Origin: Methanobacteriota archaeon
GTDB taxonomy: Archaea > Methanobacteriota > Methanobacteria > Methanobacteriales > Methanobacteriaceae
NCBI GenBank assembly: GCA_963787255.1
Contig: CAWBCJ010000025.1
Coordinates: forward strand, 310,398-374,397
Reading direction: 5' to 3'
Length of the DNA: 64,000 nucleotides
Position numbers and translations under genes: made by a program. The notes under the pieces were generated by a model. The model did no database searches. It was not told the DNA's origin and was given only the letters and a program-made list of their open reading frames with translations. This document shows, one piece after another, positions 20,957 to 33,658 of this stretch; positions within the stretch are counted from its first letter, which is position 1, and each line of letters begins with the position of its first letter.

Positions 20957-22861
20957 TCATTCTTCAAGCGTTGATATATCTCCTACGTCTTCTCCTCTTT
21001 CTTTTGCCCTTAAAATTCTTCTCATAATTTTTCCACTCCGTGTTTTTGGAAGTGAATCAACCTGAGTAATTTGGCCTAAAACTGCAACCGGCCCTAATTC
21101 ATATCTCACGTGCTTTTGAAGCTCTTCTATCAGTTGCGTATTAAGCTTATATCCTTCCCGTAAAATTACAAATGCTTTTATAACCTCTCCCTTAATTGGA
21201 TCTGATTTTCCAATTACTGCTGCTTCTGCAACAGCTGGATGACTTACGAATGCAGATTCAACTTCAGATGTTCCTATTCTATGTCCTGCTATTTTCAAGA
21301 CGTCGTCTGATCTTCCCTGTATCCAGAAATAGCCATCCTTGTCCTTTCGGGCTATATCTCCTGCCGCATAAATACATCCGGGTATTTCTTTCCAATATGC
21401 ATTGACATATCTCTCTTCATCTTTGTAGAGAGTCCTGAACATTGAAGGCCACGGCTTTTTAATCACTAAAAGACCACCTTTTCCAAGGGGAACTGGATTT
21501 CCTTCATTATCTACAACATCAGCATCTATTCCCGGTAGTGGCTTTGTTGCTGAGCCTGGTTTTAGTGGAGAAACTGGTAAAGGCGAAATCATGTGCATTC
21601 CTGTTTCAGTTTGCCACCAAGTATCCATTATAGGGCACTGCTCTTTTCCCACATTTTTGTAGAACCACATCCATGCCTCTGGATTTATAGGTTCACCAAC
21701 TGTTCCAAGGATTTTTAAGGATGAAAGATTATAAATATTTGGATATTTATTTCCGAACCTCATAAGGTGTCTTATTGCAGTTGGAGCAGTATAAAGCTTG
21801 GTTACTCCATATTTTTCTACAATTTTCCACCAGATTCCGGGATCAGGGTAGTCTGGTGCGCCCTCATATAAAAGGGTTGTTGTTCCTAGAAGCAGGGGTC
21901 CATAGATAACATAACTATGGCCTGTTATCCATCCGATATCTCCAGTACACCACCATAGATCTCCTTTATGTATATTAAACACGTTTTTAAGTGTTGTTGC
22001 CACCCCTACCATATATCCTGCTGTTGTATGTAAAACACCTTTTGGTTTTCCCGTACTTCCAGAAGTGTATAACAGGAATAGAGTATCTTCAGCATCCATT
22101 TCTTCTGCTTCACATTCAGCTGGTTCTCCTTCAATTAGTGTTTCATAGAAAATTTCTCTTCCACTTAAATCAGAAATCTCTATTGGGATTCCGGTGTGTT
22201 TAACCACAATTACTGTTTCTACTGTTGGACACTGCAACATTGCCTCGTCTGAAATTCTCTTTAAATCTATTACTTTCCCTCTTCTAAATGTTCCATCAGC
22301 AGTTATCAGTATTTTGGCGTCTGCATCGTTTATTCTTTCTACAAAGGATCCTACACTTAATCCTGAATAAACAACTGAGTGTATTGCTCCTATTTTTGTA
22401 CATGCAAGTAATGAAATAATTAGTTCAGGACACATTGGAAGATAGGTTGAGACTTTATCTCCTTTTTTAACTCCTAAATTCTTCAATGCATTGGCAAATT
22501 TGTTTACTTCCCTGTATAACTCATAGTAAGTTAATTTTTTCTCATGCCCTCTTTCGTTGACGTACAAAATTGCCACTTGGTTTCTCTTGTCAGTTTCTAT
22601 CCATCTATCTACAGCATTGTAAGCTAAATTAATCTTACCTCCAGTAAACCATTTAAAAAACGGTTCATTGCTGTCATCAAGTATCTTATCTGGTTTTTTA
22701 AACCATACAAACTGTTCGGCTTTTTCGCCCCAATATTTTTCTATATCCTTTCCTTTTTCAAGTTCTTCGTCCCAATTTTTCACAATAGCTTTTCTAACCA
22801 TTGTTTCATTCGGTTTGAATATCCTTTTTTCATTAAGCAGGACATCTGTGTCATGTACCAT
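20957..22861 (-). CDS. acs: AMP-forming acetyl-CoA synthetase
   Basis: [37 protein letters not shown]. Confidence 0.95.
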   Translation of the reverse strand: MVHDTDVLLNEKRIFKPNETMVRKAIVKNWDEELEKGKDIEKYWGEKAEQFVWFKKPDKILDDSNEPFFKWFTGGKINLAYNAVDRWIETDKRNQVAILYVNERGHEKKLTYYELYREVNKFANALKNLGVKKGDKVSTYLPMCPELIISLLACTKIGAIHSVVYSGLSVGSFVERINDADAKILITADGTFRRGKVIDLKRISDEAMLQCPTVETVIVVKHTGIPIEISDLSGREIFYETLIEGEPAECEAEEMDAEDTLFLLYTSGSTGKPKGVLHTTAGYMVGVATTLKNVFNIHKGDLWWCTGDIGWITGHSYVIYGPLLLGTTTLLYEGAPDYPDPGIWWKIVEKYGVTKLYTAPTAIRHLMRFGNKYPNIYNLSSLKILGTVGEPINPEAWMWFYKNVGKEQCPIMDTWWQTETGMHMISPLPVSPLKPGSATKPLPGIDADVVDNEGNPVPLGKGGLLVIKKPWPSMFRTLYKDEERYVNAYWKEIPGCIYAAGDIARKDKDGYFWIQGRSDDVLKIAGHRIGTSEVESAFVSHPAVAEAAVIGKSDPIKGEVIKAFVILREGYKLNTQLIEELQKHVRYELGPVAVLGQITQVDSLPKTRSGKIMRRILRAKERGEDVGDISTLEE

Positions 22862-23068
22862 TTTTCTCCCGCCATTTTTAGTTTTTTTAATCAAATACGT
22901 TATTTTCTAAGTTCTTTTTACTATTTATATTTTACTATTATTAATCATTATAAATATTGATTAATCATGATAAATTAAAAAAAAATGCTATTTATCCCTC
23001 AATCGATTTAAAAAAAATAAAGCTTATAATATTTAAATTAAAAAAACAACAAAATAATCTCTTTAAAA

Positions 23069-23581
23069 CTATCTCTTTTTTAATATTTTATCCATAGATG
23101 TCCTGATCGAACCTACCCATGGTTTTAAAACTTCCTTAGAACTAACTTTATCCTCATTTTCTTCTTTAGAATCATTCTTAGCATAATTTTGATTCACCAA
23201 GAAATCCTGAAACCAATCAGCCAATTCATAATCATGAAGATCTTCAAAAAATACCCATGCATAACCTTCATGTTCGCTGCTAAGATTTAATTCACCTTCA
23301 ATTATCTTACCAGACATTATAATATGAACGGCCCGTATTAAAGGTAAACTCTGTTCAGAAATTCCAATAACATGATTAAGAGTGATTTTTAGACTTGTTT
23401 CCTCATAAACTTCTCTTATAAGTGCCTGATCAAATGACTCTCCCTGATCTACCTTTCCTCCAGGAAGTTCCCATTTTCCCGAGTTAGTTTTAGAATTTGT
23501 AGATCTTTTAAGAATTAGGATTTTATCATTATTATCTTGTAAAAGAACTCTTACTGCAAGGCCAAAAACATATTCTATCAT
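23069..23581 (-). CDS. NUDIX hydrolase
   Basis: Nudix box [24 protein letters not shown]. Confidence 0.9.
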   Translation of the reverse strand: MIEYVFGLAVRVLLQDNNDKILILKRSTNSKTNSGKWELPGGKVDQGESFDQALIREVYEETSLKITLNHVIGISEQSLPLIRAVHIIMSGKIIEGELNLSSEHEGYAWVFFEDLHDYELADWFQDFLVNQNYAKNDSKEENEDKVSSKEVLKPWVGSIRTSMDKILKKR

Positions 23582-23758
23582 TCTTTTCGTATCCTATTTT
23601 TAATATTTTGTATTATTTTAGATTTAAATATAATTATGTTCATAGAATCTTAAAAAAAAGAGAATTAAAAGTATTTGATTAAATAAATTTTTTAATTAAC
23701 AATAAAAGCTAAAATTAATCTCCAAAAATAAAAAAAGTTAAAGGTATTTACCTTTAAA

Positions 23759-25393
23759 TTACATCATTGGAGGCATTCCACCAGGCATACCGCCCATACC
23801 TTCCATACCTTCCGGACCGCCACCACTTACACCTTTAGTTGCGATCACGTCATCAATACGGAGGATCATTTCTGCAGCTTCTGCAGCGGATTGAATAGCC
23901 TGTTTTTTAACTCTCATAGGTTCAATAACACCTGCATGGTACATGTCCACGACATCTCCCTGGAAAACGTCCAATCCCATGTAAAAGGATTTTTCGTGTG
24001 CTGCTCTTAAATCTACAAGAGCGTCGATGCTATCTAATCCTGCATTTTCAGCGAGTGTTTTTGGAACAACTTCTAAAGCTTCTGCAAATGCTACAATAGC
24101 TAATTGTTCTCTGCCACTTATGGAGTCTGCATATTCTTTTAATCCTTTGGATATTGCGATTTCAGGTGCTCCTCCGCCAGCTACAACATTTTTATCTTCT
24201 ACTGTTGCTGCAACAACACCGATAGCGTCTTCAACTGCCCTTTCTATTTCTTCAGCAACATGTTTTGTGCTACCTCTTAAAATGATTGAAACAGCTTTTG
24301 GGTCTTTAGAGTCTTCAACGAAGGTTAATATTTCGTCAAATATTTTCTTTTCGTAAACAAGACCTGCTTCACCTAAATCTTCTGGTTTAAGGTCGTCAAT
24401 ATTGGTAACAACTTTAGCGCCGGTAGCTTTTTCTATTCTACTCATATCAGATTTTTTAACTCTTTTAATAGCATAAATACCGCTTCTTGTTAAATAGTGC
24501 TGTGCAAGGTCGTCGATACCTTTTTGACAGAATAAAACATTTGCTCCTGATTCAATGATCTTGTCAACCATGTCTTTGAGCATTTGTTCTTCATTTTCAA
24601 TGAAAGCTTGCATCTGTGTTGGATCAGTTAAACTGATTTTAGCGTCAGTTTCAAGGTCTTTAATTTCAATTGGATATTTAACTAGAGCAATTTTTGCATC
24701 TTCTATTTGTTTAGGCATTCCGGGATCTGTTCTACCTTTGTCTACTACGACACCATTTACTATCTGTGATTCGTCTACAGATTCCCCAGCAATTCTCTGG
24801 ATGTTTATGTTATCTTTATCCACTTCACCGTCTTCTTCAACTTGCATTACTGCGTCTACAACAAGCTCTGCAAGAGGTTCTCTTGCTTTTTCAGAGCCTT
24901 TACCTGTCATTGCAGTCATTGCAACTTTTAAAAGAGTATCACGGTCGTCTGCTTCAAATGAAATTAAATTAAGTATTTCTTGAGCTTTTTCTGCTGCTTG
25001 TCTGTAACCCATAGCCACAATACTTGCATGAATATCCATATCAAGGAGATTTTCAGCTTTTTTGAGTAATTCTCCAGCTATAATAACTGCTGTTGTTGTT
25101 CCATCCCCTACTTCATCTTCCTGGGTTTTTGCAACTTCAACAAGCATTTTTGCTGCTGGATGTTCAATATCCATTTCTTTTAGGATTGTTACTCCATCGT
25201 TTGTAACTACAATGTCGCCTAATCCATCTACGAGCATTTTATCCATTCCCTTTGGGCCAAGGGTTGTTCTTATTGTTTCTGCAAGGATTTTCCCTGCCAT
25301 CATGTTCATTCTTTGAGCGTCTCTTCCTAATAATCTATCAGTACCTTCTGGAAATATTAAAATTGGTTGGTTTCCACCACCTAATTGTGCCAC
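23759..25393 (-). CDS. Thermosome (group II chaperonin) subunit
   Basis: [19 protein letters not shown]-rich tail. Confidence 0.97.
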   Translation of the reverse strand: MAQLGGGNQPILIFPEGTDRLLGRDAQRMNMMAGKILAETIRTTLGPKGMDKMLVDGLGDIVVTNDGVTILKEMDIEHPAAKMLVEVAKTQEDEVGDGTTTAVIIAGELLKKAENLLDMDIHASIVAMGYRQAAEKAQEILNLISFEADDRDTLLKVAMTAMTGKGSEKAREPLAELVVDAVMQVEEDGEVDKDNINIQRIAGESVDESQIVNGVVVDKGRTDPGMPKQIEDAKIALVKYPIEIKDLETDAKISLTDPTQMQAFIENEEQMLKDMVDKIIESGANVLFCQKGIDDLAQHYLTRSGIYAIKRVKKSDMSRIEKATGAKVVTNIDDLKPEDLGEAGLVYEKKIFDEILTFVEDSKDPKAVSIILRGSTKHVAEEIERAVEDAIGVVAATVEDKNVVAGGGAPEIAISKGLKEYADSISGREQLAIVAFAEALEVVPKTLAENAGLDSIDALVDLRAAHEKSFYMGLDVFQGDVVDMYHAGVIEPMRVKKQAIQSAAEAAEMILRIDDVIATKGVSGGGPEGMEGMGGMPGGMPPMM

Positions 25394-25648
25394 ATTATCA
25401 CCTCTATTTTTCTTATGTACTTTATCAGTGGGTTAGAGGTTATATAAATAATTTTCGTATTAAGAATTATGAAATGAGGTTTCTATTTAAGATTTAATTG
25501 ACCATATTAACATTTAAGATAAAAATAAGAAAATAAATCTATTTTTAAAACTTATAGATACTGAATAAAAAGATATTTTTAAATAATAACCATATAAACA
25601 ATTGATGCAATTAACTCATAAAAAATGATAATTAAACTATAACTCTTT

Positions 25649-26182
25649 TTAATCTTCCTTAATTTCATATTCAAATTCGAAAATTGATTCTCCACTAACT
25701 TCATTTTCTAATAGATGCTCCATTTCATGAGAAACCCCATAAGCACTGGAACCAGTAAACTCAAATGGACCTATGACTTTTTCAAGGATGATTTTTTTGG
25801 TCATGGGATTTAAAGAAGCTTTTAATATATATTCTGAATCTATCGTTACTTTAAAAGGTCTTCTTACAATTTCCCTCTCTTTTTTATTTCCACATTTTTC
25901 AAGTCGATATACAATTCCATCCTGGCCTAAAAGAACAGGGTTGTAAAATAAGAACATTATCTCCATTGTATATCCAACTTTTTTTTCATCATCAAAGCGA
26001 GTGATTTTTTCTTTAATAGCCATGACATTAGTTGAATCAAATTTAAGACTCCAATCTCCCCCAAACTTAATTGAAAAAATAAGGGGTAAAAATATGTCGT
26101 GAGGTGCACCAAGGCGTTCAATTACGTTTTTTTCCTTTAGACTGAATGATAAATGCTTCTTTAATTCATCAAGTTCCTTTAT
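25649..26182 (-). CDS. Peptide-deformylase-like metalloprotein, probable ATA start
   Basis: LEKCG, RRPFKV and GSSAYGVSHEMEHL; frame stays open upstream of ATG 26023 to an ATA behind GGAGGTGAT. Confidence 0.55.
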   Translation of the reverse strand: MKELDELKKHLSFSLKEKNVIERLGAPHDIFLPLIFSIKFGGDWSLKFDSTNVMAIKEKITRFDDEKKVGYTMEIMFLFYNPVLLGQDGIVYRLEKCGNKKEREIVRRPFKVTIDSEYILKASLNPMTKKIILEKVIGPFEFTGSSAYGVSHEMEHLLENEVSGESIFEFEYEIKED

Positions 26183-26479
26183 CTCATCACCTCCTGAAAA
26201 AATATATCATTGAACTATCTAATTAATAAAACTTTAAAAAGTAATCATCATTACCAGATCATAGTATAAATTAAGGGGAACAAATTTTAGCGTTGGCTTT
26301 TTAAAGTTATGTTGAAATTATTTATTTTATATTGAATGTGACATTAAAAATTTTAATTATTATAACGCAATCTAAATCAAGGCGAAAGTCATATATTAAT
26401 TATAGTATAATTTATGTTTAAAACAAATTAAATTATTGTATTAAATTGATTTTAGCTTATTTACTTGAGGATGACAATC

Positions 26480-28144
26480 ATGCCAGTTATAACATTTGAT
26501 TATGAGGATCTCTATGAGGTACTGGGAAGAAAAATTGATAAGGATGAATTAATAAAGCTTCTTCCTATGATTGGGAGCGATATTGACGATTACGATGATA
26601 AACAGATTAAGGTAGAGTTTTTCCCTAACAGGCCAGACTATTTGAGTGTGGAAGGAGTTGCAAGAACCCTTAAAGGCTTTTTAGATATAGAAAAAGGGCT
26701 TCCTGAATACGAAGTAAAAAAATCGGGGATAAATATTGAAGTTGATCCCGAATTAAAAAATATAAGGCCCTATATTTCATTTGGAATTGTTGAAAATGTA
26801 GATTTAAGCGGTAATAAGCTGAAGCAAATAATGGATTTTCAAGAAGACCTCCATTGGGTTATTGGAAGAGATCGAAAGAAGGTAGCAATTGGAATTCATA
26901 ATTTAGATGTTATAGAACCTCCATTTTTTTATAAAGCTGCAGATCCTGATGAAAATTCTTTTGTAGCCCTTGAAACTGAAGATGAAATGAGTTTAAGGGA
27001 AATATTGGAGAATCATAAGAAAGGAGCGAAATACGCCCATTTAATTGAAAAATTCGATAAATATCCACTTATCGTAGATTCTAATGGTAATGTACTTTCA
27101 ATGCCTCCAATAATTAACGGAGAACTAACTAAACTTACAGAAAATACAAAAAATCTCCTTATTGATGTAACCGGAACTGATGAAAAAGCAGTTAATTATG
27201 CTCTTAATATTATCATGACTTCATTTGCAGAAGTAGGTGGCAAATTAAAATCATTAAATGTTGTTTATGCTAACCGAAATGTAGAAACGCCTAATTTAAT
27301 GCCAAAAAAGAAGGAAGTCAAGGTTAAAAATGCTGAAAAAATAATTGGAGTAGATTTAACCGCCCGTGATATAGCCAATTACTTGTCTAATGTTAGAATA
27401 GGGGCTGAAATTGAAGCTGATGACACGGTTCATGCGATTATTCCTGCTTATAGGGTTGATATTCTTCACGAAGTTGATATTATCGAAAATATAGCTGTTG
27501 GGTATTGTTTTAAAAAATTAGAGCCACAATTACCCCAAATTGCTACAATTGCCTCTGAAGATAAGGATGAGATATTTGATAATCTTTTAAGGGAAATTTT
27601 AACGGGAATGGGCTTTTTAGAGACAATGAGTCTCATGTTAACCAGTGAAAAAGAACATTATAAAAACATGAAACTTCAAGAAGATCCAAGAGTAATTGTA
27701 GCTCAACCAATTTCTGTAGACAGAACGATGCTTAGAAAAAATCTTTTACAAGGTTTAATGGAGTTTTTAGAAGATAATAAGCACGAAGAATTACCTCAGA
27801 AAATTTTTGAAGTTGGTAGTGTTGTTTATTTGGATAATGCATGCGAAACATGTACAAGAGATGTTAAAAAGATTGCAGGGGCTGTAACTCACTCTACAGC
27901 TAATTTCACAGAAATAAAGTCCATTGTGGATTCATTATTCGTAAATATTGGTCTTAAAATGGAAATAGAACCTTATCATCACCCTTCATTTATTAAAGGT
28001 AGATGTGCAATGGTAAAAGCAGTTAATAACTGGAAATCAGAGGATTTAAATGTTACTGGGTACTTTGGGGAATTAAGTCCAGAAGTTATAACTAATTTTG
28101 AACTGGAATATCCAGTTATTGCTTTTGAACTTGAATTTAACTAA
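26480..28144 (+). CDS. pheT: Phenylalanyl-tRNA synthetase beta subunit
   Basis: [26 protein letters not shown] (archaeal type). Confidence 0.95.
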   Translation: MPVITFDYEDLYEVLGRKIDKDELIKLLPMIGSDIDDYDDKQIKVEFFPNRPDYLSVEGVARTLKGFLDIEKGLPEYEVKKSGINIEVDPELKNIRPYISFGIVENVDLSGNKLKQIMDFQEDLHWVIGRDRKKVAIGIHNLDVIEPPFFYKAADPDENSFVALETEDEMSLREILENHKKGAKYAHLIEKFDKYPLIVDSNGNVLSMPPIINGELTKLTENTKNLLIDVTGTDEKAVNYALNIIMTSFAEVGGKLKSLNVVYANRNVETPNLMPKKKEVKVKNAEKIIGVDLTARDIANYLSNVRIGAEIEADDTVHAIIPAYRVDILHEVDIIENIAVGYCFKKLEPQLPQIATIASEDKDEIFDNLLREILTGMGFLETMSLMLTSEKEHYKNMKLQEDPRVIVAQPISVDRTMLRKNLLQGLMEFLEDNKHEELPQKIFEVGSVVYLDNACETCTRDVKKIAGAVTHSTANFTEIKSIVDSLFVNIGLKMEIEPYHHPSFIKGRCAMVKAVNNWKSEDLNVTGYFGELSPEVITNFELEYPVIAFELEFN

Positions 28145-28173
28145 AAAAAAATATTCATTTATTTTTTTTCTTT

Positions 28174-28584
28174 TTATTTTCCCATTATTGTTACTATGAA
28201 TTTTCTATTTCTTGGACCGTCTAGTTCTACAAAAAACACGCTCTGCCATGTTCCTAAACTTAACGAATTATCAGAAAATGGAATTGTTTCACTGCTTCCA
28301 ATAAAAAAAGCTCTTATGTGAGAATCAGCATTATTATCTATTTTGTCGTGACCATAATTATCATTTTCAGGTATTAGTTTTTCCAGTGAATTTTGAAAAT
28401 CTTTGATCAATCTTGTTTCATTTTCATTAACTACGATTCCTGCTGTTGAATGAACTGCAAATATATTAATTATACCCTCATTTATTTTGCATCCAGACAG
28501 GATATCATTAATATCATTGGTTATATCTATTATTTCAACCCTCTTAGATGATCCCTTTTTTAATTGATATTTCATTATCTCCAT
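28174..28584 (-). CDS. YjbQ/UPF0047 family protein (second paralog)
   Basis: HSTAG, NADSHIR, LGTWQSVFFVELDGPR. Confidence 0.9.
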   Translation of the reverse strand: MEIMKYQLKKGSSKRVEIIDITNDINDILSGCKINEGIINIFAVHSTAGIVVNENETRLIKDFQNSLEKLIPENDNYGHDKIDNNADSHIRAFFIGSSETIPFSDNSLSLGTWQSVFFVELDGPRNRKFIVTIMGK

Positions 28585-28674
28585 GCTTACACCTATTATT
28601 CATATTATATGTTAACTTCAATTTATTATTTTTTTAGATAATACTAAAAATAAAAAGATGCATAATATATATGT

Positions 28675-29458
28675 ATGGAATCTTTAAATGAAAAATCAAT
28701 GCTGGTACCTTCTGCGTATAAACTAGAAATTGAAATAATAAACAAGTTTGCAGGTGGTGACGTTTCAAAAAACCCAGATATTATGAAACATCTTCCTAAA
28801 ACACCCATTACTAATCAATTATTGATTGCTGCAAAAAAGGGAACTCCAATAGTCCGTTTTGGAAGAAAAAATACTCCAGGAATATTAGTTTTAGCAGGAG
28901 TTCATGGCAATGAGTATCCCCCACAAATAGCGGCTGTTAAACTTATAAATAAATTAGCTGTAAAAGATCTTTATGTAACTGTACATGTAATCCCCTTTGC
29001 AATACCGTTTTCTACAGAAAAAAGTCTGAGATCCTGGAAGGGCCAGGATCCTAACAGATCCGCAAATATATTCGGATCACCTACCAATAATATATTATTA
29101 AATTCCAAAAAAGACAACATTAAATATTTAGGTGATTTTCATTCAACAAGACCTGGAGGATATCCTGGAAGACTGAGCATTTTATGTTCAGAAATTCCAT
29201 GCCTTTTAAGCTTCCAGATGGCCGATTTCATAGAACAAGAAACAAAATCAACTCTTATTATCTTTTACAAAAGCGGGATCAATCTATCCCGGTGCTTTAG
29301 AAGATGTTTTCAATCTAGCGGGAATTCCAGCAGTAACCGGGGAAGCAATGTCTCCACATGGAACTGTAATTCATGGAAGTGTTGAGGCATCACTAGAACA
29401 AATGGAAGCATTTTTAAAATTTCATAAAGTTATAAAAACTAAACCTAACATTACTTAA
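28675..29458 (+). CDS. Succinylglutamate desuccinylase/aspartoacylase (M14-like) protein, frameshift near 29265
   Basis: GVHGNE, DPNR, DFHST zinc motifs; alternate frame continues YPGALEDVFNLAGIPAVTGE to TAA 29458. Confidence 0.75.
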
Positions 29459-29485
29459 TACAATATTATATTCTTTTTCTTAAAT

Positions 29486-31180
29486 TTAACCAAATATCTG
29501 ATAAAAAGAACTTCTAATGTATTTTACTATAATATCAAATGGCTCGTTAGACCTATTAATGAAAATATATTTGGGAAAGGTCATGTTCTGCCGGCTGGTA
29601 TGGTCGTAAGTTAACCTTGCAAATAAATATTCTAAATCTGGCTTTCTTAAGGTCTTACCCTCAACTTTAATGGATTTAGGCACGGTTTTATTAGATTCCA
29701 TGTATTCAGATACAGTTTTTCCTGTGGTTCTATATTCATCAATTGTTAAAACGCCGAAGTAGGTACTATCTCCAGATAAATTGCTTTTTGAAAATTTTTC
29801 ATCATTGTTTTTTATAGGATAGCCACTCACATACTGGGAAGCTAAATACATCCACTTGGAATATCCCATTTCAGGATTTTTATCGTTTAAAACACTTTGA
29901 GATGCGTAAGCAACATTTTCAGGATCTATTTGATGAGTACCTATTAATCCAGAATTATAATTAGAATTCAACTGATTTTTATTGGATGAATATGCTGCAT
30001 CAATGAGTCCAGCAGCTATTTTATCAGTTTCCGCTTGTTGTGATGATGTTCCAATGTTAGGCTGGATTAGACCTATTCCAGCATCCTCCAAAAATAATGC
30101 TGGACTGTATAAACCTGCAAAAAGCGGGTTTGAATAGTTATCATCGTATGATCGGGGCATATAACTTGTATTTTCTAAATTAACATTACCATAGTTTATA
30201 AAAACAATGTCATTTAATTTTTGAGCATCTGCTTTAAGATAACCTTTTTTAATGCCGTTTACTAAATCAGCCATTGAACCTGGATCTGCAGCTGCAATAT
30301 AAGCTGCTATTCCTCCCGGTGCATTCTTAACAGTTCTAGGTGCTTCCCCAGGTTTAGGTGAGTTTTCATCAATAATCACATTAGCAGAACCAGAGATTGC
30401 CTTTTTTATGTTATTAAGCATTTCTTTATCAGTACTTTCAGAAATGAAGTTATCGCTGGTTATGTAAATAACTGGAAGATTTTTAGTGGCATAGCTGTTC
30501 ATTACAATGCTTGTAATAATGTCATTTGAAGACCATAAAGTTGTTTTATCATTAATTGTAACCTTATCTCCTACTTCAAATGCTGCATTTTTCCACAAGG
30601 TCATTGCAACGGGCATAAGATATAATGGAGCTTTAATTTTTTGATTACTACCACCTGCAGCACTAATAGTGCTTGCATCATCACCTTTCCAGAATCTCTC
30701 TTTTTGAATGTTAGGATATATATTAAGTGTAGAATCAGGTATGGATGAGGGGGACGCGCATATTATGATCTTTTTTGGGTTTAACCTCTGAATTTCATTG
30801 TTTACGGCATCTGGAACAGTATTTGATATTACAAGTAGTGGTGCATTATTTTTTATTGCAATCAGTGCTGCTGCTCTGTCTTGGCCGGTTCCTACTACTA
30901 CAACATCGCTTTTTGTCCAGTATTTAGAAAGACTTGCAGAATCTGCAGGTACTTTTTCCCCATTTAATGAAATATCTCCCACAATGATGGTGTCCATACC
31001 ATTAACATAATTTAAAACTGCTTGATTGGGATTTTTATCAGAGAAAATAAGTTGATTATTTGTATAGGATGCTGCTGGCGCTGTAATTATACCATTTGAT
31101 GGATCGCTAACAAATACATTAGCAGATACTGGGGAAATGAGAATAAACAGTATTAAAAGTAATATCACAGCTTTATTCAT
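29486..31180 (-). CDS. Secreted cell-wall protein with cell-wall-binding and pseudomurein-binding-like repeats
   Basis: Signal peptide; A.KNNAPLL...EIQRLNPKKIII; C-terminal EYMESNKTVP..I...YLFARL. Confidence 0.65.
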   Translation of the reverse strand: MNKAVILLLILFILISPVSANVFVSDPSNGIITAPAASYTNNQLIFSDKNPNQAVLNYVNGMDTIIVGDISLNGEKVPADSASLSKYWTKSDVVVVGTGQDRAAALIAIKNNAPLLVISNTVPDAVNNEIQRLNPKKIIICASPSSIPDSTLNIYPNIQKERFWKGDDASTISAAGGSNQKIKAPLYLMPVAMTLWKNAAFEVGDKVTINDKTTLWSSNDIITSIVMNSYATKNLPVIYITSDNFISESTDKEMLNNIKKAISGSANVIIDENSPKPGEAPRTVKNAPGGIAAYIAAADPGSMADLVNGIKKGYLKADAQKLNDIVFINYGNVNLENTSYMPRSYDDNYSNPLFAGLYSPALFLEDAGIGLIQPNIGTSSQQAETDKIAAGLIDAAYSSNKNQLNSNYNSGLIGTHQIDPENVAYASQSVLNDKNPEMGYSKWMYLASQYVSGYPIKNNDEKFSKSNLSGDSTYFGVLTIDEYRTTGKTVSEYMESNKTVPKSIKVEGKTLRKPDLEYLFARLTYDHTSRQNMTFPKYIFINRSNEPFDIIVKYIRSSFYQIFG

Positions 31181-31212
31181 AAAAAATCTCCTGTAAAAAA
31201 AATAGAATACGG

Positions 31213-31677
31213 TTAAAGTTGGGCTTCAATTTCGCTTTGTTCCATGATTCTTTCGCAGTAATAGCATCTTAAACTCACCGGTTTTTTTGCTATGACGTAA
31301 AATTTTGTTTTCACTGGTTCATCAGTATTGGTAATGCAATTGGGGTTGGTGCATTCTAAAATATCGCTTATTTCTTCTAAAAGATGAACTTTACCTTTTT
31401 CTGCAATGTCGTAGTCTCTGATAATGTTAATTGTTGCTGAAGGCGCGATAAGTGCTATTTTATCTACTTCGTTAGGTTCAAGTTCACGGCCTTCTATCTT
31501 AACTATGTCTTTGCTTCCCATCTGGGATGATAAAACATTCATTGCAATGGTTACTGTCCTTTTTTCGTTAGGTAAATCCAGAATTCTAAGAACACTTAAA
31601 GCTTTGTTTGCAGTTATATGATCTATTACTGTACCATTTTTAATTGATTTAACCTTAAGTTTTTTTGGTGTCTTCAT
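31213..31677 (-). CDS. pyrI: Aspartate carbamoyltransferase regulatory chain
   Basis: [24 protein letters not shown]...C.YCE. Confidence 0.95.
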   Translation of the reverse strand: MKTPKKLKVKSIKNGTVIDHITANKALSVLRILDLPNEKRTVTIAMNVLSSQMGSKDIVKIEGRELEPNEVDKIALIAPSATINIIRDYDIAEKGKVHLLEEISDILECTNPNCITNTDEPVKTKFYVIAKKPVSLRCYYCERIMEQSEIEAQL

Positions 31678-31837
31678 TTTTTACCTGCATATAATTATTT
31701 GTTTTAATAAATCTTAATATCTTATAAAAGAATAGTAAAAACTTCTTTATAAAATTTCGTTTTAAGAATATTTTTAACCAAATATAAATCTATCTTATAA
31801 ACTAATTAATCTAAAAAGAAAATGAAATTATAAAGGA

Positions 31838-32279
31838 TTATTTTTCTAAAGTAGATTTCCAGAACTTCTGAATATCCTTTGGCAGGTTGGCCCTAACCTG
31901 TTTTAGTTCACCGCCTCTTCCAAGCTTCTTTTCTAACATGGAAAAAACTGCAGAAGTTGCTTCCTCACTTTTTATTGGTTTATTTGATAGATTTTTCTTG
32001 TACCTTAGCGAAGAATTCTTCTCTATTTTTTATTTTCTCTGGTTTTCCACTTGCACTGTATCCTTCATAGTACATTCCTTTCATAACCATTGGAAGCTCA
32101 TCGGCAAGCTCTACGGCTTCTTCAACAGGTAATCTATCTCTTAATGTTTGAAGAACAGATCTGGTAGCAACATAAACCATATTTTCATCTTCCCATCCAA
32201 GTTCACCCTGTATATCATGCAACCATTCTTTTGTTTTTTGTGCTGATTTATCTAATGAAGAAAATCTTTGTTTTACCAT
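31838..32279 (-). CDS. DUF2267 family protein, frameshift near 31985
   Basis: QKT.EWL..I...LGW...RSVL..LRDRLP.EEA..LA..LP; alternate frame ends GELKQVRANLPKDIQKFW. Confidence 0.75.
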
Positions 32280-32458
32280 AATTTTATCACTCCTTTTTAT
32301 AACCTTCTCAAATCTTTTTTTTATCATTATATTAATAATTCAAATATAATAAAATATTCTATTTTATTAATACAATAGAATAATCTAAATATCTAAATAA
32401 TTTAAAAGTTACTAAAAAGTCCAAATATATCATATAGATTAAAAAAAATGGTGTTTAA

Positions 32459-32827
32459 ATGGATTCAAATGAATATAACGAAACATTAGAAGAATTTTCT
32501 CTTATCTGCCCTGAATGTGGAGTTGGAAACCCTAAAAATACTGAAAATTGTATTATATGTGACAGGGACCTTACAAACATTATTATTTTTCTATTAGACG
32601 ACCCTTATGATTTAGAAATAACTGAAGACTCTTTAATTGAATATAAAAAGAATTTTTGGGGCACTGAAAGAACAGGAAAAGTAACCATATATTATTTAAG
32701 CAAAATGAAGAAAATTGAATTTGGTTCACCAATAACAAGATTTATCTTCGAATACGAAGGAAAAAGAGTAGTTCTTCCACTTAGAGAAGAAAATATGGAA
32801 AAAATAAAGTCAATTTTTAAAATTTGA
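32459..32827 (+). CDS. Zinc-ribbon domain hypothetical protein
   Basis: CPECG..N....CIICD followed by a beta-rich domain. Confidence 0.65.
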   Translation: MDSNEYNETLEEFSLICPECGVGNPKNTENCIICDRDLTNIIIFLLDDPYDLEITEDSLIEYKKNFWGTERTGKVTIYYLSKMKKIEFGSPITRFIFEYEGKRVVLPLREENMEKIKSIFKI

Positions 32828-32945
32828 TGATGCCATTTTATAATATGCAACTATTATTTTGCTTTTTAAATACTAGTACTAAATTATCTAGATTTACCAA
32901 AAAAAATCTATATTATGTAATGTAAAGGTCTAAAAAATAAATTAA

Positions 32946-33572
32946 TTATTCATTTTTCTTTAAAAGTAATTTAAGATCCAAAATCATAGCCCAAGCTTCC
33001 AGATTTTGAGTAGCTAATTCTGGTGATGCAAGCTCCATAAACTTTTCTAAGCTTTCTATAGCCTCTTCATATCTTTCCATAAACTTTAGAACGGATCCTT
33101 TACCTGCCCATGCCTTAGCATCATTTGGATTTAATTTTAAAGCATGGTTAAAAGATTCCAGTGCTTCATCGTATTTAGAAAGGCTGAATAAAGCAGTTCC
33201 CTTGTTATCCCAGGCATCAACATTCCCTGGTTCAATTTCAAGTCCTTTATTAAAACAGTTTATTGCTTCCTCAAATCTTTTAAGTGCAGCCAGTGAAACA
33301 CCCATATTTGACCAGGCCATAAAATTATCAGGTTTTAAATCCAGGGCAATTTCAAAACTCTCTATAGCATCATCAAATCTTCCCAGGGATGAAAGCGCTA
33401 CACCTCTATTATCCCAAATTCTAGAATCATCCGAATACAGTTCCAAGGCATTATCATAGCATATTAATGCTGATACATACTCTTTAAATTTTAAATGCTG
33501 ATTTCCTTCTCTAATCCATGATTCATAATCATTTAATTGACCTATTTCTTTATTTTGATTCTCTTTCATCAT
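32946..33572 (-). CDS. Tetratricopeptide repeat protein
   Basis: Repeated W.N.G..L..L.RF.EA...F..AL...P units. Confidence 0.9.
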   Translation of the reverse strand: MMKENQNKEIGQLNDYESWIREGNQHLKFKEYVSALICYDNALELYSDDSRIWDNRGVALSSLGRFDDAIESFEIALDLKPDNFMAWSNMGVSLAALKRFEEAINCFNKGLEIEPGNVDAWDNKGTALFSLSKYDEALESFNHALKLNPNDAKAWAGKGSVLKFMERYEEAIESLEKFMELASPELATQNLEAWAMILDLKLLLKKNE

Positions 33573-33658
33573 TATTTTTTAAGTTTTTCATTTAACTTAT
33601 ACTTTCAATTAAAATATTATCTAGAATGAAAATCAATTTAATAAATGGAGGTTTATCT

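Noticed and set aside
3122-28584. Two YjbQ paralogs as a special system
   Set aside because: They are 25 kb apart with unrelated neighbours; multiple YjbQ copies are unremarkable.
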